From sequence record MW269952.1: DNA of 64,000 bases, one strand, 5' to 3'. Positions 9,226-16,954 of this stretch are shown piece by piece (the first letter of the stretch is position 1; every line of letters begins with the position of its first letter). The position numbers and the translations under genes were made by a program. The stretch comes from Escherichia phage P479. The notes under the pieces were generated by a model, which saw only the letters and a program-made list of their open reading frames with translations, did no database searches and was not told the DNA's origin.

Positions 9226-9393
9226 ATGAAAACATTCAAAGATTTTATCAACGAAAATATGGTTGCCGGTGATGCAGGTGGAAACCCAACTAATATCGCA
9301 ACAGGTACCACTTCCGGGGCAGTTGTCAATAAAGGCCCTGAACAAATCCCATCAAAAAAGCGTAAGAACAAAGACGATAAACCTACAGTATAA
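9226..9393 (+). CDS. hypothetical protein (55 aa), possibly late-expressed
   Basis: RBS AAAGGGGGTG; exact TATAAATA 17 nt upstream; not in ORF track. Confidence 0.4.
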   Translation: MKTFKDFINENMVAGDAGGNPTNIATGTTSGAVVNKGPEQIPSKKRKNKDDKPTV

Positions 9394-9410
9394 TGGTCCT
9401 TCGGGGCCAT
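9393..9410 (+). other. imperfect stem-loop before gene 61
   Basis: ATGGTCC-TTCG-GGGCCAT, one mismatch, no T tract. Confidence 0.35.
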
Positions 9411-9425
9411 TGAAATGAGGAAACT

Positions 9426-10454
9426 ATGTCATATATTGATAAAGAATTTGCAGTCAGAGCTTTATCGTATCAACCACGTTATAGAGAAGTCACCGGGAGC
9501 ACATTTAAAGCAAACTGTCGTTGCAAGGTTTGTGGGGACTCCCAGAAAGATTCACACAAGGCTCGATTCTGGGCGTATACTAATCCGGCTGATGGCGCGG
9601 TTTACGTGAAATGTTTTAACTGTGACTACTCCACGCATATAAGCAAATACATAAAAGAGTTTGAGCCTGATTTACACCGGGAATATATGGTTGAGAAGTA
9701 CAAGGAGAACGCCTTCGGGCGACAACGTAATGAAGTTGCAGAAGCTCCGAAAGAACCAGAAAAAACTCCGGTTATCGAACAGCTTGCTTTTTGTGAAAGA
9801 CTCGATACTTTACCAGAAGCACATCCGATAGTTAAGTATGTAAAAAGTCGATGTATTCCAAGCAATGTTTGGAACCGACTATGGTTTACAAACCAATGGC
9901 CTGCATTAGTTAACTCCGTTAATCCTGGGACGTATAAGAATGAAACGAATGAACCACGCTTGGTTATTCCTATCTTCAACGGCAAAAAAGAAATCGAATC
10001 TTTCCAAGGACGAGCTCTTCGCAAAGATGCACCACAAAAATATATCACAATCAAAGCTCACCCAGAAGCTTCCAAAGTCTATGGCGTAGACAAGATTGAT
10101 GAGCGTAAACGCGTATGGGTAATGGAAGGTCCGATTGATAGTTTGTTTATCCCTAACAGCATTGCGATAACTGGTGGAACATTGTCATTGGAAGCCGTTC
10201 CTTATCCAGAAACCAGAGTATGGGTAATGGACAACGAACCAAGACATCCGGATACGATTAAACGTATGAAGAAGCTCGTTGAAGCTGGCGAAGCTGTTAT
10301 GTTCTGGGACAATGCACCATGGCATACGAAAGACATAAATGAGATGGTTAAATCAGAAGGAGCAACCCCTGAACAAATCGAATCATATATGGCCGATAAC
10401 GTTGCTCAAGGATTGATGGCGAGAATGCGACTTTCGAAGTACGCAAAAGTTTAG
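9426..10454 (+). CDS. 61: gp61 DNA primase
   Basis: 342 aa (same as T4 gp61); zinc ribbon CRCKVCGD...CFNCDYS; TOPRIM-like EGPIDSL. Confidence 0.9.
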   Translation: MSYIDKEFAVRALSYQPRYREVTGSTFKANCRCKVCGDSQKDSHKARFWAYTNPADGAVYVKCFNCDYSTHISKYIKEFEPDLHREYMVEKYKENAFGRQRNEVAEAPKEPEKTPVIEQLAFCERLDTLPEAHPIVKYVKSRCIPSNVWNRLWFTNQWPALVNSVNPGTYKNETNEPRLVIPIFNGKKEIESFQGRALRKDAPQKYITIKAHPEASKVYGVDKIDERKRVWVMEGPIDSLFIPNSIAITGGTLSLEAVPYPETRVWVMDNEPRHPDTIKRMKKLVEAGEAVMFWDNAPWHTKDINEMVKSEGATPEQIESYMADNVAQGLMARMRLSKYAKV

Positions 10455-10651
10455 GAAGGGATTCCGGTAAAGTAACCGATGATGGAATGGATATGTTCCA
10501 TTGTGACCTGGAGTAAGTGTACCCCTTGTGTTGCAGCGATAGGCACAACCAGTAAGTTCCACAGGAAAACATCAAGAGCTAAAAAGCCCATGATGAGCTT
10601 CTTGTCTTTCTTACTGGTTAATTTCCAAATCTGATAGAATAATGTTCCCAT
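10451..10651 (-). CDS. small membrane protein, paralog A (66 aa)
   Basis: Minus-strand ORF; TM helix LWNLLVVPIAATQGVHLLQV; paralog of 10660..10857. Confidence 0.5.
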   Translation of the reverse strand: MGTLFYQIWKLTSKKDKKLIMGFLALDVFLWNLLVVPIAATQGVHLLQVTMEHIHSIIGYFTGIPS

Positions 10652-10659
10652 AGTTCCAC

Positions 10660-10857
10660 CTATATAAGGCCGATTAATGCCAGTGAAACATCTACAACTG
10701 ATTCGAGCGCGACGACTGGTAATATAACACCATGTGCCATTGCAACTGGAGCAACAATGAAGTTCCAGAGTAGAACTAAACAGAGTACCGAAAGGACCAG
10801 AATCGTTCGCTTACGACTGCCTTTGATGGCTTGAATTAGACTAGATAGTTTTAGCAT
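10660..10857 (-). CDS. small membrane protein, paralog B (65 aa)
   Basis: Minus-strand ORF; strong RBS GAAAGGGGGA; late-promoter-like CATAAATA upstream; TM helix LWNFIVAPVAMAHGVILPVV. Confidence 0.55.
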   Translation of the reverse strand: MLKLSSLIQAIKGSRKRTILVLSVLCLVLLWNFIVAPVAMAHGVILPVVALESVVDVSLALIGLI

Positions 10858-10873
10858 ACATCCCCCTTTCTTG

Positions 10874-10881
10874 TATTTATG
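10874..10881 (-). promoter_or_regulatory. late-promoter-like CATAAATA (minus-strand membrane protein pair)
   Basis: 7/8 match to TATAAATA 17 nt upstream of ATG at 10857; strong RBS follows. Confidence 0.4.
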
Positions 10882-10941
10882 CTTTAAACCAATACGATAT
10901 AATTAACATACAAACAACATGAATTGATAAGGAAAAATATA

Positions 10942-11457
10942 ATGGCTCATTTTAATGAATGTTCTCAACTGATTGCTGGTGTTGATAAAGCTCAGGGCGC
11001 TTATGATAATGCAATTTTTGAAGGCACTGACCCACTGCAAGTTATGCTTGATATGCAGAAATCATTGCAGGTTCGTCTGGCTAATGACCGTGATTATTGC
11101 TACCATCCAGATAAATTAGCGACTGCTGGTGATGTTGTTGCTTGGATGCGCGAACAAAAAGACTGCATTGACGATGAATTCCGTGAACTGATTACTTCAT
11201 TGGGTGAAATGTCTAAAGGTGAAAAAGATGCATCTGCTGTCTGGAAAAAATGGAAGGCTCGTTATACTGAAGCGCAAGCTAAACCAATTTCAGAAATGTC
11301 CCCAGAAGACCAGCTTGAAATTAAATTTGAATTAATTGATATCATGCATTTCGTATTCAATATGGCTATTGGTTTGAATATGTCTGCGGAAGAATTGTTC
11401 AAACTGTATTATCTGAAAAATGCCGAGAACTTTGCGAGACAGGACCGTGGCTATTAA
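10942..11457 (+). CDS. 56: gp56-like nucleoside triphosphate pyrophosphatase (dCTPase/dUTPase family)
   Basis: 172 aa from ATG at 10942 (track starts at upstream TTG); all-alpha MazG-like pattern; T4 gp56 is ~171 aa; position between 61 and soc. Confidence 0.7.
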   Translation: MAHFNECSQLIAGVDKAQGAYDNAIFEGTDPLQVMLDMQKSLQVRLANDRDYCYHPDKLATAGDVVAWMREQKDCIDDEFRELITSLGEMSKGEKDASAVWKKWKARYTEAQAKPISEMSPEDQLEIKFELIDIMHFVFNMAIGLNMSAEELFKLYYLKNAENFARQDRGY

Positions 11458-12103
11458 GGCAAGATTTCATAGGACGTATATAATTAAAGTTAAAACGCCG
11501 AAAGGCGTTTTTTGGTATGGTGGTAAACACGAAACCAATGTACTAGACCCATATAAAGACCGATATTCAGGCTCCGGAAAAATACTCTGGAACATATATA
11601 AAAAGTATGGAGTCAAATATCAAATTCGCTGGTTTGTTGGTCACCAGAATAGGGAAATGGCGTTTGAACATGAAAGATATCTAATATCATTATTAAATTC
11701 TAAACATGGTTCAAACTGTATTAATATTTTACCTGGTGGGCAGGGCGGAGGCGGATATGAATGGACTGATGAAATGAAGTTGGCCCAAACACTACGTTTA
11801 AATAAGCCCGAAACTAAAGCTAAAATGAAAAGCGCCCAATGTGTTGCTCAAAATCGCCCTGAACGCAAATCCAGACAATCAAAAGCAATGAGCGAGTTTT
11901 ATGCAAATGGTGGAAATAAAATCGTATCAGAAGCCACATCTAAAGCGCAAAGAACTGCAGCTCATTGGCATGAACCATTGAAAAGTGAAATCTATCAGAT
12001 TTGGCTTTCATTAGGTAAACCCGGTGGAGCTTCTGCTGTGGTTAAAGCACTTAAGGGAAAATACGAAACAACCCCCAGCGCACTTAAACTTTTAATATAT
12101 TAA
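11420..12103 (+). CDS. GIY-YIG homing endonuclease (Seg-like)
   Basis: YIIKVKTPKGVFWYGG ... YSGSGK resembles Seg proteins; start overlaps last 38 nt of gene 56. Confidence 0.65.
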   Translation: MPRTLRDRTVAIKARFHRTYIIKVKTPKGVFWYGGKHETNVLDPYKDRYSGSGKILWNIYKKYGVKYQIRWFVGHQNREMAFEHERYLISLLNSKHGSNCINILPGGQGGGGYEWTDEMKLAQTLRLNKPETKAKMKSAQCVAQNRPERKSRQSKAMSEFYANGGNKIVSEATSKAQRTAAHWHEPLKSEIYQIWLSLGKPGGASAVVKALKGKYETTPSALKLLIY

Positions 12104-12117
12104 TTTAGAGGCATTTA

Positions 12118-12345
12118 ATGAAAAATAAATTACGCTTGGTTATAGACGCAGAAATTGATGAAAACATAAATTATGATTTTCAGCAAGTCACAATTGAAAA
12201 TTTTAAATCATCTCTTATGCGCACTGGATATGAAGTCAAGGAACACGAAGGTGTATTGTCCTTTATCAAAGATGCGAAAGCAACTATTGACTTTAGCGTT
12301 AGTTTAAATGGGGTTGAAGAAAAAGAAACATTTAAAATGTATTGA
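12118..12345 (+). CDS. hypothetical protein (75 aa)
   Basis: ORF. Confidence 0.45.
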   Translation: MKNKLRLVIDAEIDENINYDFQQVTIENFKSSLMRTGYEVKEHEGVLSFIKDAKATIDFSVSLNGVEEKETFKMY

Positions 12346-12353
12346 TATAAATA
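12346..12353 (+). promoter_or_regulatory. late promoter TATAAATA (soc)
   Basis: Exact TATAAATA 32 nt upstream of soc ATG, then RBS AAAGGAG. Confidence 0.7.
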
Positions 12354-12384
12354 CACCTGTAATTAAACAACAAAGGAGTTAATT

Positions 12385-12618
12385 ATGGGTGGTTTCGTTA
12401 ATATCAAAACCTTTACGCATCCAGCTGGTGAAGGTAAAGAAGTTAAAGGTGTTGAAGTATCAGTTCCGTTTGAAATCTATTCGAACGAGCACCGTATTGC
12501 GGATGCACACTATCAGACTTTCCCTTCGGCCGTTGCAGCCTATACTACTGTAGTGACTGATGCAGCCGATTGGCGAACTAAGAACGCGGCGATGTTTACG
12601 CCTACCCCAGTAGTTTAA
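12385..12618 (+). CDS. soc: Soc small outer capsid protein
   Basis: 77 aa; VNIKTF and AHYQTFPS match T4 Soc; exact late promoter TATAAATA upstream; terminator after. Confidence 0.85.
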   Translation: MGGFVNIKTFTHPAGEGKEVKGVEVSVPFEIYSNEHRIADAHYQTFPSAVAAYTTVVTDAADWRTKNAAMFTPTPVV

Positions 12619-12623
12619 TTATA

Positions 12624-12647
12624 GGGAACCTTCGGGTTCCCTTTTTG
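12624..12647 (+). terminator. intrinsic terminator (after soc)
   Basis: GGGAACC-TTCG-GGTTCCC then TTTTT. Confidence 0.75.
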
Positions 12648-12649
12648 CT

Positions 12650-12690
12650 TTTAATAGAGATGGTATAATTATCTCAACTACAGAGGAGAA
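12650..12690 (+). promoter_or_regulatory. stem-loop with TATAAT in loop plus leader box
   Basis: AGAGATggtataattATCTC; box CAACTACAGAGGAG. Confidence 0.45.
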
Positions 12691-12694
12691 TACT

Positions 12695-12892
12695 ATGTTA
12701 AACCGTTGGATTAAACCAAACAAAACTTTAGACGAAGTTATTGCCCATGATGTACATTTTAAGTATGGTCTGGGTGCGTTTGATGAGGTTGTCGTACATT
12801 CATTCATGATGCACGATGATGATTCTTTAGAATTCAATATTGAAATCCGTTGTGATGATGGTAAAGTTGAATTTAAACGAGGTTTCCTATGA
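12695..12892 (+). CDS. hypothetical protein (65 aa)
   Basis: ORF after promoter/stem-loop cassette. Confidence 0.5.
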   Translation: MLNRWIKPNKTLDEVIAHDVHFKYGLGAFDEVVVHSFMMHDDDSLEFNIEIRCDDGKVEFKRGFL

Positions 12893-13248
12893 TTAGTTGG
12901 CTCAAGAATTTATTCAAGACCAAAGCAGGCGAAGGTGTGGTTCCTGTTAGCCTACCAGATGTCAAGCTAAGAGAATATGTTTACATGGGCGATGGTATGA
13001 TGGAAGAAGTTCGTCGCCGACCAGAAAAAGCCGGTAATGTCGGACCAGGTGCATTGCCATTGAATTCGAAAAAGTTAAAAGAGCATCTGGATTCAAGACG
13101 TTCTACGAGTCATGTTGATACTACACCACATATCGATACTACTTCGATTGTGGTTACTGCAGCTGCAGTTAGTTCGTGGACTGGTGATTCGTCTTATTCC
13201 TCCTATGATTCAGGAAGCTGTGATTCGTCTTCCAGCTCGTGTGATTAA
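12889..13248 (+). CDS. hypothetical protein with Ser-rich low-complexity C-terminus
   Basis: 119 aa; tail DSSYSSYDSGSCDSSSSSCD. Confidence 0.5.
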   Translation: MISWLKNLFKTKAGEGVVPVSLPDVKLREYVYMGDGMMEEVRRRPEKAGNVGPGALPLNSKKLKEHLDSRRSTSHVDTTPHIDTTSIVVTAAAVSSWTGDSSYSSYDSGSCDSSSSSCD

Positions 13249-13443
13249 ATGAGAATTACAAGTTGGCTTAAAGATTGGTTGGTTACTCCAGGGATTGATG
13301 ATTCCTGGGTGGCCAGAGCCGAGGAAGAAATGCAGCGCGAAGCTGAAGAATGGGCCGCCGCAAGCGTCAAAGATATGCAGGAAAAGAAGACCGAACGAGC
13401 TGCGCTTAAACTGATGCGTGATATCTACGGAGATAAATCATGA
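13249..13443 (+). CDS. hypothetical protein (64 aa)
   Basis: ORF abutting the previous stop. Confidence 0.45.
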   Translation: MRITSWLKDWLVTPGIDDSWVARAEEEMQREAEEWAAASVKDMQEKKTERAALKLMRDIYGDKS

Positions 13444-13589
13444 CACAAGAAGAAGCTGAACGTCAGGCAAAAGAAGCACTGGATTTGCTTTTGAAAATTG
13501 GCAGTAAAATGATGGAAGAAAATGAAAAGTACATCAAGGAAAATAAAGTTCCTGATGGTCCATTAGTTGGTAAGAGGAAAACATTATGA
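13440..13589 (+). CDS. hypothetical protein (49 aa)
   Basis: ATGA overlap; charged; hand-translated. Confidence 0.35.
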   Translation: MTQEEAERQAKEALDLLLKIGSKMMEENEKYIKENKVPDGPLVGKRKTL

Positions 13590-14068
13590 AAGTATATGAA
13601 TTAGAATTCTATATCCGTGATTCATCCGGCCAAACACGACCTTACGATGCAACAGCCTGTCTTATCATGGTTTACAATGGCATGGATTCGGTTACTGAGT
13701 TGGAAACAAAATTAATGAACCTGACGATGCCAGAAAATGTCACGATGAAGGTATTTCATAACAAAAACGTTAATGTGGCTGAAGGGTGTCCGTTTACTGT
13801 TTCCGAAGCTCTGCATATCAAAGGCTATCGCCACCCGGACCTTTATGGCGAAGATATCATTTTCTATAAAGATAGAGATAAAATGGCCACTGAACGCCTT
13901 AAAGGTCGCACATATCTGATTTCCACTACCGACGACCTTGCTGAAGTTGAACGTCAGATTTGGAAGCACTTTGATATCGGCTTGCGCTTTACTTTAACAG
14001 AAGAAGCTATTCAAGATACTAAAATGCGTGCTCGTATGTATGGTTACGGTCCTATCGGTGGCTACTAA
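13586..14068 (+). CDS. hypothetical protein (160 aa)
   Basis: ORF, ATGA-coupled. Confidence 0.55.
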   Translation: MKVYELEFYIRDSSGQTRPYDATACLIMVYNGMDSVTELETKLMNLTMPENVTMKVFHNKNVNVAEGCPFTVSEALHIKGYRHPDLYGEDIIFYKDRDKMATERLKGRTYLISTTDDLAEVERQIWKHFDIGLRFTLTEEAIQDTKMRARMYGYGPIGGY

Positions 14069-14247
14069 TGGATTTATTTGAACTTTTTGAAGAGCCTAAA
14101 GCTCCCACAGAAGCCCGTGTGGACCTATTTGACGAACTTGATGCGATTATACAGAAGCATGGTTTTAGTCTCCCAATGGAAGTTCTACGCGACCTGGCCT
14201 CATATTACGACGACCCACCTCCATGGGCACCATGGGTGAAACGATGA
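14068..14247 (+). CDS. hypothetical acidic protein (59 aa)
   Basis: TAATG coupling; hand-translated. Confidence 0.35.
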   Translation: MDLFELFEEPKAPTEARVDLFDELDAIIQKHGFSLPMEVLRDLASYYDDPPPWAPWVKR

Positions 14248-14477
14248 ACTGGTTAACAAATATTCCCACATCGGCGCTGGATATCGACCGTAAACACGCT
14301 CATAAGGAAATTGAGCAACAAAAAATTAATCGCTTACAAAGGATTAAGACTGAATCCGAGACAATTAAAGTCAAACGCCCGACAGAATCGAAAAGTTCTT
14401 ACTCATCATATCAATCTCCGATTGGCATGGCCGCAGACATTGCAGTCTTTGGCGTCCCACTTGGAGTATTTAAGTAG
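14244..14477 (+). CDS. hypothetical protein (77 aa)
   Basis: In-frame ATG inside track ORF 14223..14477, coupled by ATGA. Confidence 0.45.
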   Translation: MNWLTNIPTSALDIDRKHAHKEIEQQKINRLQRIKTESETIKVKRPTESKSSYSSYQSPIGMAADIAVFGVPLGVFK

Positions 14478-14533
14478 TTTACTTACTCCCCTCCTAATGA
14501 CATAATGGTCTTTCTTACAACAGAGAGGCCATT

Positions 14534-15094
14534 ATGAACATCATCAAATCTGATACCGAACCCAACCAGTTAAAATTTAGTGAAATGGAGATAGCTTCAT
14601 TATTTGAATGCCGCACATCAAAAGTCGATAAGACCTTGCATTCAAACGTTAACTCAATCATCAAGTCAAGGTTATCTGTACCTGATACAGTCTTGTATCG
14701 TGGGGTTACCCAGCAAGAGATTGATTTGTTAGATGAAGCAAAAGAATCAATGCAACCTTTTGAATTTGGAAGGATAACCTCCTTTACAGAAGACTATGGT
14801 ATTGCCAGGGATTTTGCTGCAATGGAATATGTGTCAAGGACTATCATCAGATTGAATCATACAAAAGCTTTTTGTTACCATGATGCGATGCGCAAAATCG
14901 CGCTTGATGTTCCACTGGAATTCTTCAATACAGCCTCTGGTTCCAAACAGGCAGCAACGTTAAGACGTGAAGAATACATGGACATGATTGATTCTGAGCT
15001 TGAATGGTTTGTTCCAGTTGACCAGAAATTCGTGGTGGTTGATGCTGGATTTGTTGGTGATTATTATGTTCTTGACTGTGTACAAGAGCAATAA
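14534..15094 (+). CDS. ModA/ModB-like ADP-ribosyltransferase (paralog 1)
   Basis: 186 aa; R-S-E triad candidates LYRG, SFT, ELEW; position between soc and dda as T4 modA/modB. Confidence 0.6.
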   Translation: MNIIKSDTEPNQLKFSEMEIASLFECRTSKVDKTLHSNVNSIIKSRLSVPDTVLYRGVTQQEIDLLDEAKESMQPFEFGRITSFTEDYGIARDFAAMEYVSRTIIRLNHTKAFCYHDAMRKIALDVPLEFFNTASGSKQAATLRREEYMDMIDSELEWFVPVDQKFVVVDAGFVGDYYVLDCVQEQ

Positions 15095-15138
15095 GACACG
15101 TTAAGATGTTCCTATCAACTACTGATGAGGATAATAAA
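15072..15138 (+). promoter_or_regulatory. early promoter (inside 3' end of upstream gene) plus leader box
   Basis: TTGACTGTGTACA then GTTAAGATGTTCC; box CCTATCAACTACTGATGAGGATAATAAAATG. Confidence 0.5.
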
Positions 15139-15753
15139 ATGCTGTACGCAAGTCACCAATTAGCAGAGTACATCAATGCAGTTAAATGTGAATATTTTCG
15201 TGAAAATACCCAGATTGAAATTGATGAAATTTACTCTGAGTTGGAACAGAGTACACTCTGGCAGTGCATGGAAAATAAGCCAGACACTATCCAGGAAACT
15301 TTGAACAAAATTATTCGTAAGAATTTGACTTCTGTTGTGCCTGGTAAGTTATATCGCGGGATTTCTAAGAAAACTTTGGCATATCTTGAAACCGTAGGAT
15401 GTGTTGGTGCTACGATTGAGTTTGACCGTGTAATGAGTTTCTCCAAAGATTTCAGTGTTGCGCGTAACTTTGCTTCCTTTAGCTTCTATGGAACCAAAAA
15501 TATTTTCTGTATTAATGATGCACCATTCGCATTTGATTATCAGGAAGCGATTTTTAAAATGATTTGTGCGGCACCTCCTGAAGAGTTCAACGGACTATAT
15601 CCTGAAATAACTCGTTCTTCAAACTTGCAATTAGTAAATGATGAAGATGAGATGATGTTCCCTGCGGGAACTACGCTACGCGTGGACTCTATTGAGAGCA
15701 TTTATAGATGGGAAGACTATAAATTATGGAATCTTTCCGTTCTTTCTTACTGA
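15139..15753 (+). CDS. ModA/ModB-like ADP-ribosyltransferase (paralog 2)
   Basis: 204 aa from ATG 15139 (track N-terminus reads through the conserved leader); LYRG, SFS, EDE motifs. Confidence 0.6.
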   Translation: MLYASHQLAEYINAVKCEYFRENTQIEIDEIYSELEQSTLWQCMENKPDTIQETLNKIIRKNLTSVVPGKLYRGISKKTLAYLETVGCVGATIEFDRVMSFSKDFSVARNFASFSFYGTKNIFCINDAPFAFDYQEAIFKMICAAPPEEFNGLYPEITRSSNLQLVNDEDEMMFPAGTTLRVDSIESIYRWEDYKLWNLSVLSY

Positions 15754-15827
15754 AGTATTCTGGGTTAACAAAAGGCCAAAGACCTTAGAACCATTATACA
15801 CAGTAAAAATAAAAGCGTTAAAGGCTA

Positions 15828-15880
15828 AAAAGTAGTGTACATAAAAGATGTATAGTGTATAATGAATCCATACTGAGTTT
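15828..15880 (+). promoter_or_regulatory. early promoter cassette
   Basis: AAAAGTAGTGTACA; TATAAT 15858-15863 (17-bp spacer); box CCATACTGAGTT. Confidence 0.6.
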
Positions 15881-15909
15881 TCAATCGTCCGTAAGATGAG
15901 AAAAATATC

Positions 15910-16653
15910 ATGAATATGTCAAAAGAAGAGTTTGAATTAAAAGTTTACAAACGTCGCGAGCATACCAAAACGTCTGCAAAACGTCGTAACAAGGATTTCA
16001 ATCTGTCTAGTAAGTATATCGCCAATCTTTTGAAACAAGAATTCTGTGCGTATTCTGGTGAACGTTTTGATGAAAATTCAACTCAAGATAAAGTTTCCTT
16101 TGAACGCTTTAACAATGATATAGGTTATATTGAAGGCAATGTTATCCCTGTCAAAACTAAGTACAACGGTTTACGTGCTGATTTATCTCTTGATGAACTT
16201 AAACGTGCGCAGACTCGTTTGGCGGTGCGTATTAATGGCGGTTCTAAGATGCCCAATAGTTTTAAAGTAACTCCTGCTGACTATTATAAAATTCGCAAAA
16301 TTGTTAAAAATATTAAAGATACCGAACGTGGAATCAAGAAACGTCAAAAACATTTAAAAGAGCTTTATAAAAGTGGCGCTAAAGATACCACCCCTTCTGT
16401 GATTGCAGTCAAGGCTCGTATCCATGGACAAATGGCTTCCATCGGAACTAGTCAACGTGGGCTGAAAATGGTTATGGGTGGTCCTGACTGGCGTCTGAAA
16501 ATGAAATCATCTGACGCTGAAACGCGTTACGATATGTATGATAAAATTATTCAAGGTCTGGAGCGTTTAGATAAGTTGTCATTCATTGACCGCCTTAAAC
16601 TGAAACGTGGTCTACCTTTGAACGCGTCAATTTTTAAACTGATTAGAGGTTAA
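15910..16653 (+). CDS. srd: Srd-position protein with degenerate HNH-like segment
   Basis: 247 aa between mod genes and dda; basic; weak HNH-like FERFNNDIGYIEGNV without the catalytic His; assignment by position and size only. Confidence 0.35.
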   Translation: MNMSKEEFELKVYKRREHTKTSAKRRNKDFNLSSKYIANLLKQEFCAYSGERFDENSTQDKVSFERFNNDIGYIEGNVIPVKTKYNGLRADLSLDELKRAQTRLAVRINGGSKMPNSFKVTPADYYKIRKIVKNIKDTERGIKKRQKHLKELYKSGAKDTTPSVIAVKARIHGQMASIGTSQRGLKMVMGGPDWRLKMKSSDAETRYDMYDKIIQGLERLDKLSFIDRLKLKRGLPLNASIFKLIRG

Positions 16654-16657
16654 TGTG

Positions 16658-16954
16658 ATGTACTACGCATATGTGCTGGTTCACAAAGATAAAGATGGTT
16701 TTGAACGCCCATTGGAGTATGATGGAAAGGTTACCTTATACACCACAAAAGCGGGCGCAGAATATGAACTTGCCAACTATTCATATACTACAAACCGCTA
16801 TTTACGCATGGGACGTATTGAAACACGGTATACTCCCAGAAAATGGTGGTTTGATAAGCGGGAAACAAAAACTGTTTTTCCTACTGAAGAACACGCACGA
16901 GAATTGAAATTAGTTTTAGATACTTTATATGTTAAGCGAGTAAAATTGGCATGA
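16658..16954 (+). CDS. hypothetical protein (98 aa)
   Basis: ATG 16658 directly after GTG; overlaps dda start. Confidence 0.5.
   Translation: MYYAYVLVHKDKDGFERPLEYDGKVTLYTTKAGAEYELANYSYTTNRYLRMGRIETRYTPRKWWFDKRETKTVFPTEEHARELKLVLDTLYVKRVKLA

Noticed and set aside
15106-15138. N-terminal extensions in the ORF track such as MFLSTTDEDNKM (also at 19207 and 6398)
   Set aside because: These read through the conserved leader box TCAACTACTGATGAGGATAATAAAATG, which is a 5' UTR element; the true start is the ATG that ends the box.
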